Assembly: GCA_964035545.1 (NCBI GenBank)
Contig: OZ037766.1
Location: 18,377,081-18,441,080 of the forward strand
Length of the DNA stretch: 64,000 nucleotides
From: Bugula neritina
Taxonomy: Eukaryota; Animalia; Bryozoa
Direction of reading: 5' to 3'
This document shows positions 58,601-64,000 of the stretch, in pieces. Within the stretch, counting starts at the first letter, position 1. Every line of letters begins with the position of its first letter. A program made the position numbers and the translations under genes. Under the pieces are notes generated by a model that was not told the origin of the DNA, did no database searches, and saw only the letters and a list, made by a program, of their open reading frames with translations.

Positions 58601-58957
58601 GTTGCAGTATATTTCAGTGGGTTACAGTATATTCCAGTATCTTCCAGTATGTTGCAGTATGTTGCAGTATGTTGCAGTGTATTTCTGTATGTTACAGTGT
58701 ATTTCAGTATGTTGCAGTGTATTTCAGGATGTTACAGTGTATTTCAGTATGTTGCAGTATTTTGCAATGCATTTCAGTATGTTACAGTGTATTTCAGTAT
58801 GTTGCGGTATATTTCAGTATGTTACAATAAATTTCAGTGTGTTCCAGTACATTTCTGCAAATTACACTATACTTCAGTGAGTTGTAGTATATTTCAGTAT
58901 CTTGCAGTATATCTCAGTATGTTACAGTTGATTTCAGTATGTTCCAGTATATTTCAG
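49621..58957 (+). repeat. Tandem triplication, period 3108 bp (3 copies)
   Basis: Matching blocks 49904/53012/56120, 50914/54022/57130, 52171/55279/58387; two shared 1-bp deletions per copy. Confidence 0.93.
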
Positions 58958-61900
58958 CGTGTTTCAGTATATTTCAGGATGCCACAGTGCATTTTCAAAT
59001 TTTTCACTATACTTCAGTGAGTTTTAGTGTCTTTCAGTATGTTGCAGTATATTTCGGTATCTTGCAACTTATTTCAATGTGTTGCAATGTAATTCAATAT
59101 GTTACAGTGTATTTCAGTATGTTACAGTGTATTTCAGCATGTTGCAGTATATTTCATTATGTTGCAGTATGTTGCAGTATGTTTCAGTAGTTTGCAACAT
59201 ATTTCAGTAGGTTAGTATATATTTCGGTATGTTGCAGCATATTTCAATGTGTTGCAGTGTATTTCAATATGTTACAGTGTATTTCAGTATGTTGCAGTAT
59301 GTTGTAGTATATTTCAGTATCTTGCAGTATATCTCAGTATGTTACAGTTTATTTCAGTATGTTCCAGTATATTTCAGCGTGTTTCAGTATATTTCAGTAT
59401 GCCACAGTGCATTTTCAGATTTTTCACTATACTTCAGTGAGTTTTAGTGTCTTTCAGGATGTTGCAGTATATTTCGGTATCTTGCAACTTATTTCAATGT
59501 GTTGCATTGTATTTCAATATGTTACAGTGTATTTCAGTATGTTGCAGTATGTTGCAGTGTACTTCAGTATGTTACGGTGTATTTCAGTAGGTTTCAGTAT
59601 CTTGCAGTATATTTCAGTATGTTGCAGTATTTTTCAGTGGGTTACAGTATATTCCAGCATGTTCCAGTATGTTGCAGTATATTTTAGTATGTTGCAGTGT
59701 ATTTCAGTATGTTACAGTGTATTTCAGTAGTTTGCAACATATTTCAGTAGGTTACCATATATTTCCGTATGTTGCAGCATATTTCAATGTGTTGCAGTGT
59801 ATTTCAATATGTTACAGTGTATTTCAGTATGTTGCAGTATGTTGCAGTGTATTTCCAGATATTACACTATACTTCAGTGAGTTTTAGTGTCTTTCAGTAT
59901 GTTGCAGTATGTTGCAGCGTATTTCAGTATGTTACAGTGTATTTCAGTAGGTTTCAGTGTCTTGCAGTATATTTCAGCATGTTGCAGTATATTTCATTAT
60001 GTTGCAGTATGTTGCAGTATGTTTCAGTAGTTTGCAACATATTTCAGTAGGTTAGTATATATTTCGGTATGTTGCAGCATATTTCAATGTGTTGCAGCGT
60101 ATTTCAATATGTTACAGTGCATTTCAGTATGTTGCAGTATATTTCGGTATTTTGCAACATATTTCAATATGTTGCAATGTATTTCAATATGTTACAGTGT
60201 ATTTCAGTATGTTGCAGTATATTTCAGGATGTTGCAGTATATTTCAGTATGTTACAGTGTTTTGCCGTATTTTGCAGTATATTTCAGTGTGTTACAGTAT
60301 ATTTCATTATGTTGCAGTATGTTGCAGTATATTTCAGTAGGTTACCATATATTTCGGTATGTTGCAGGATCTTTCAAGGTGTTGCAGTGTATTTCAATAT
60401 GTTACAGTGTATTTCAGTATGTTGCAGTATGTTGCATTATGCTGCAGTGTATTTCTGTATGTTACAGTGTATTTCAGTATGTTGCAGTACATTTCAGTAT
60501 GTTACAGTATATTTCAGTATGTTGCAGTATATTTCAGTGGGTTATAGCATATTTCAGTATGATACAGCGTATTTCAGTATGTTACAGTGTACTTCAGTAT
60601 GTTGCAGTATTTTGCAATATATTTCAGTATGTTACAGTGTATTTCAGTATGTTGCAGTATATTTCAGTATGTTACATTAAATTTCAGTATGTTACAGTAC
60701 ATTTCCGTAAGTTACACTATACTTCAGGTAGTTGTAGCATATTTCAGTATCTTGCAGTATATCTCAGTATGTTACAGCATATTTCATTGTGTTGCAGTGT
60801 ATTTCAATATGTTACAGTGTATTTCAGTATGTTGCAGTATGTTGCAGTATGCTGCAGTATGTTGCAGTGTATTTCTGTATGTTACAATAAATTTCAGTAT
60901 GTTACAGCACATTTTCGTAAATTACATTATACTTCAGTATGTTGCAGTATATTTCAGTATGTTACAGTATATTTCAGTATGTTGCAGTATATTTCAGTGG
61001 GTTATAGTACATTTCCGTATGATACAGCGTCTTTCAGTATGTTACAGTGTATTTCAGTATGTTGCAGTATTTTGCAATATGTTTCAGTATGTTCCAGTGT
61101 ATTTCAGTATGTTGCAGTATAATTCTGTATGTTACAATAAATTTCAGTATGTTACAGCACATTTTCGTAAATTACATTATACTTCAGTGAGTTGTAGTAT
61201 ATTTCAGTATCTTGCAGTATATCTCAGTATGTTACAGTATATTTCAGTATGTTACAGTATATTTCAGTGTGTAACAGTAAATTTCAATATGTTACAGTGC
61301 TTTTGCAGATATTACGCTATACTTCACTGAGTTTTAGTGCCTTTCAGTATGTTACAGTGTATTTCGGCAGGTTGCAGTATTTTGCAATATATATCAGTAT
61401 GTTACAGTGTATTTCAGTATGTTGCAGTATATTTCAGTATGTTACATTAAATTTCAGTATGTTACAGTATATTTCCGTAAATTACACTATACTTCAGTGA
61501 GTTGTAGTATATTTCAGTATCTTGCAGTATATCTCAGTATGTTACAGTATATTTCAGTATGTTACAGTATATTTCAGTTTGTTACAGTAAATTTCAGTAT
61601 GTTACAGTGCATTTGCAGATATTACACTATACTTCAGTGAGTTTTAGTGTCTTTCATTATGTTGCAGTATATTTCAGTATGTTGCAGTATTTTGCAATAC
61701 ATTTTATTATGTTACAGTGTATTTCAGTATGTTGCAGTATTTTGCAATATGTTTCAGTATGTTACAGTGTATTTCAGTATGTTGCAGTATAATTCAGTAT
61801 GTTACAATAAATTTCAGTATGTTACAGTACATTTTCGTAAATTACACTATACTTCAGGGAGTTGTAGTATATTTCAGTATCTTGCAGCATATCTCAGTAT

Positions 61901-64000
61901 GTTACAGTGCATTTTCAGATTTTTCACTATACTTCAGTGAGTTTTAGTGTCTTTCAGTATGTTGCAGTATTTTTCGGTATCTTGCAACTTATTTCAATGT
62001 GTTGCAATGTATTTCAATATGTTACAGTGTATTTCAGTATGTTGCAATATGTTGCAGTGTATTTCGGTATGTTACAGTGTATTTCAGTAGTTTTCAGTAT
62101 CTTGCAGTATATTTCAGTATGTTGCAGTATATTTCAGTGGGTTACAGTATATTCCAGTATCTTCCAGTATGTTGCAGTATGTTGCAGTATGTTGCAGTGT
62201 ATTTCTGTATGTTACAGTGTATTTCAGTATGTTGCAGTGTATTTCAGTATGTTACAGTGTATTTCAGTATGTTGCAGTATTTTGCAATGCATTTCAGTAT
62301 GTTACAGTGTATTTCAGTATGTTGCGGTATATTTCAGTATGTTACAATAAATTTCAGTATGTTACAGTACATTTCCATAAATTACACTATACTTCAGTAA
62401 GTTGTAGTATATTTCAGTATCTTGCATTATATCTCAGTATGTTCCAGTATATTTCAGTATGTTACAGTATATTTCAGTATGTCACAGTGCATTTCCAGAT
62501 ATTACACTATACTTCAGTGAGTTTTAGTGTCTTTCAGTATGTTGCAGTATGTTGCAGCGTATTTCAGTATGTTACAGTGTATTTCAGTAGGTTTCAGTGT
62601 CTTGCAGTATATTTCAGCATGTTGCAGTATATTTCATTATGTTGCAGTATGTTGCAGTATGTTTCAGTAGTTTGCAACATATTTCAGTAGGTTAGTATAT
62701 ATTTCGGTATGTTGCAGCATATTTCAATGTGTTGCAGCGTATTTCAATATGTTACAGTGCACTTCAGTATGTTGCAGTATGTTGCAGTATGCTGCAGTAT
62801 GTTGCAGTGTATTTCTGTATGTTACAGTGTATTTCAGTATGTTGCAGTATATTTCAGTATGTTACAGTATATTTCAGTATGTTGCAGTATATTTCAGTGG
62901 GTTATAGTATATTTCAGTATGATACAGCGTCTTTCAGTATGTTACAGTGTATTTCAGTATGTTGCAGTATTTTGCAATATGTTTCAGTATGTTACAGTGT
63001 ATTTCAGTATGTTGCAGTATAATTCAGTATGTTACAATAAATTTCAGTATGTTACAGTACATTTTTGTAAATTACACTATACTTCAGTGAGTTGTAGTAT
63101 ATTTCAGTATCTTGCAGTATATCTGAGTATGTTACAGTATATTTCAGTATGTTACAGTATATTCCACTGTGTTACAGTAAATTTCAATATGTTACAGTGC
63201 ATTTGCAGATATTGCACTATACTTCAGTGAGTTTTAGTGCCTTTCAGTATGTTACAGTGTATTTCAGTATGTTGCAGTATTTTGCAAAATATATCAGTAT
63301 GTTACAGTGTATTTCAGTATGTTGCAGTATATTTCAGTATGTTACAATAAATTTCAGCATGTTACAGTATATTTCCGTGAATTACACTATACTTCAGTGA
63401 GCTGTAGTATATTTCAGTATCTTGCAGTATATCTCAGTATGTTACAGTATATTTCAGTATGTTACAGTATATTTCAGTTTGTTACAGTAAATTTCAGTAT
63501 GTTACAGTGCATTTGCAGATATTACACTATACTTCAGTGAGTTTTAGTGTCTTTCAGTATGTTGCAGTATATTTCGGTATTTTGCAACATATTTCAATAT
63601 GTTGGAATGTATTTCAATATGTTACAGTGTATTTCAGTATGTTGCAGTATATTTCAGGATGTTGCAGTATATTTCAGTATGTTACAGTGTTTTGCAGTAT
63701 TTTGCAGTATATTTCAGTGTGTTACAGTATATTTCATTATGTTGCAGTATGTTGCAGTATATTTCAGTAGGTTACCATATATTTCGGTATGTTGCAGGAT
63801 CTTTCAAGGTGTTGCAGTGTATTTCAATATGTTACAGTGTATTTCAGTATGTTGCAGTATGTTGCATTATGCTGCAGTGTATTTCTGTATGTTACAGTGT
63901 ATTTCAGTATGTTGCAGTACATTTCAGTATGTTACAGTATATTTCAGGATGTTGCAGTATATTTCAGTGGGTTATAGCATATTTCAGTATGATACAGCGT

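Larger units (their letters stand above)
25355..64000 (+). repeat. Satellite DNA array, same 10-bp family, right part
   Basis: Same monomers and orientation resume immediately after the element (tttcag tatgttacat...) and run off the window end. Confidence 0.99.

Noticed and set aside
1-64000. Hundreds of plus-strand ORFs rich in FQYVAV/SMLQY/ISVCC motifs, up to 337 aa
   Set aside because: The plus-strand monomers lack stop codons and 10 is not a multiple of 3, so all three frames stay open and cycle through the same peptides. The minus strand has TAA/TGA in most monomers. Overlapping ORFs in all frames indicate a repeat artefact.
1-64000. CRISPR-like array (landmark cassette as repeat, intervening DNA as spacers)
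   Set aside because: Intervening sequences are themselves 10-bp satellite monomers, not unique spacers; no cas genes or leader.

Overview
Eukaryotic heterochromatin-type window with no credible gene. About 61.4 kb (1-22807 and 25355-64000) is a single head-to-tail satellite built from 10-bp monomers of two alternating types (CAGTATGTTR and CAGTRTATTT). It is organised hierarchically: 10 bp, 20/40 bp, 140+170=310-bp landmark units, then kb-scale recent tandem duplications (periods 1789, 2320, 2810, 3108x3, 4590, 4928 bp). The array is interrupted once, at 22808-25354, by a 2547-bp non-coding DNA transposon. This element has perfect 19-bp CACAG...CTGTG terminal inverted repeats, a patchy ~175-bp extended inverted repeat and a 2-bp TT target-site duplication, confirmed by empty paralogous sites elsewhere in the window. 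It best fits a non-autonomous CMC/EnSpm (CACTA-like) element. All ORFs in the supplied track are artefacts of the repeat. I see no evidence of a new protein-coding system; the notable items are the transposon end architecture and the phase-locked, nucleosome-scale satellite hierarchy.
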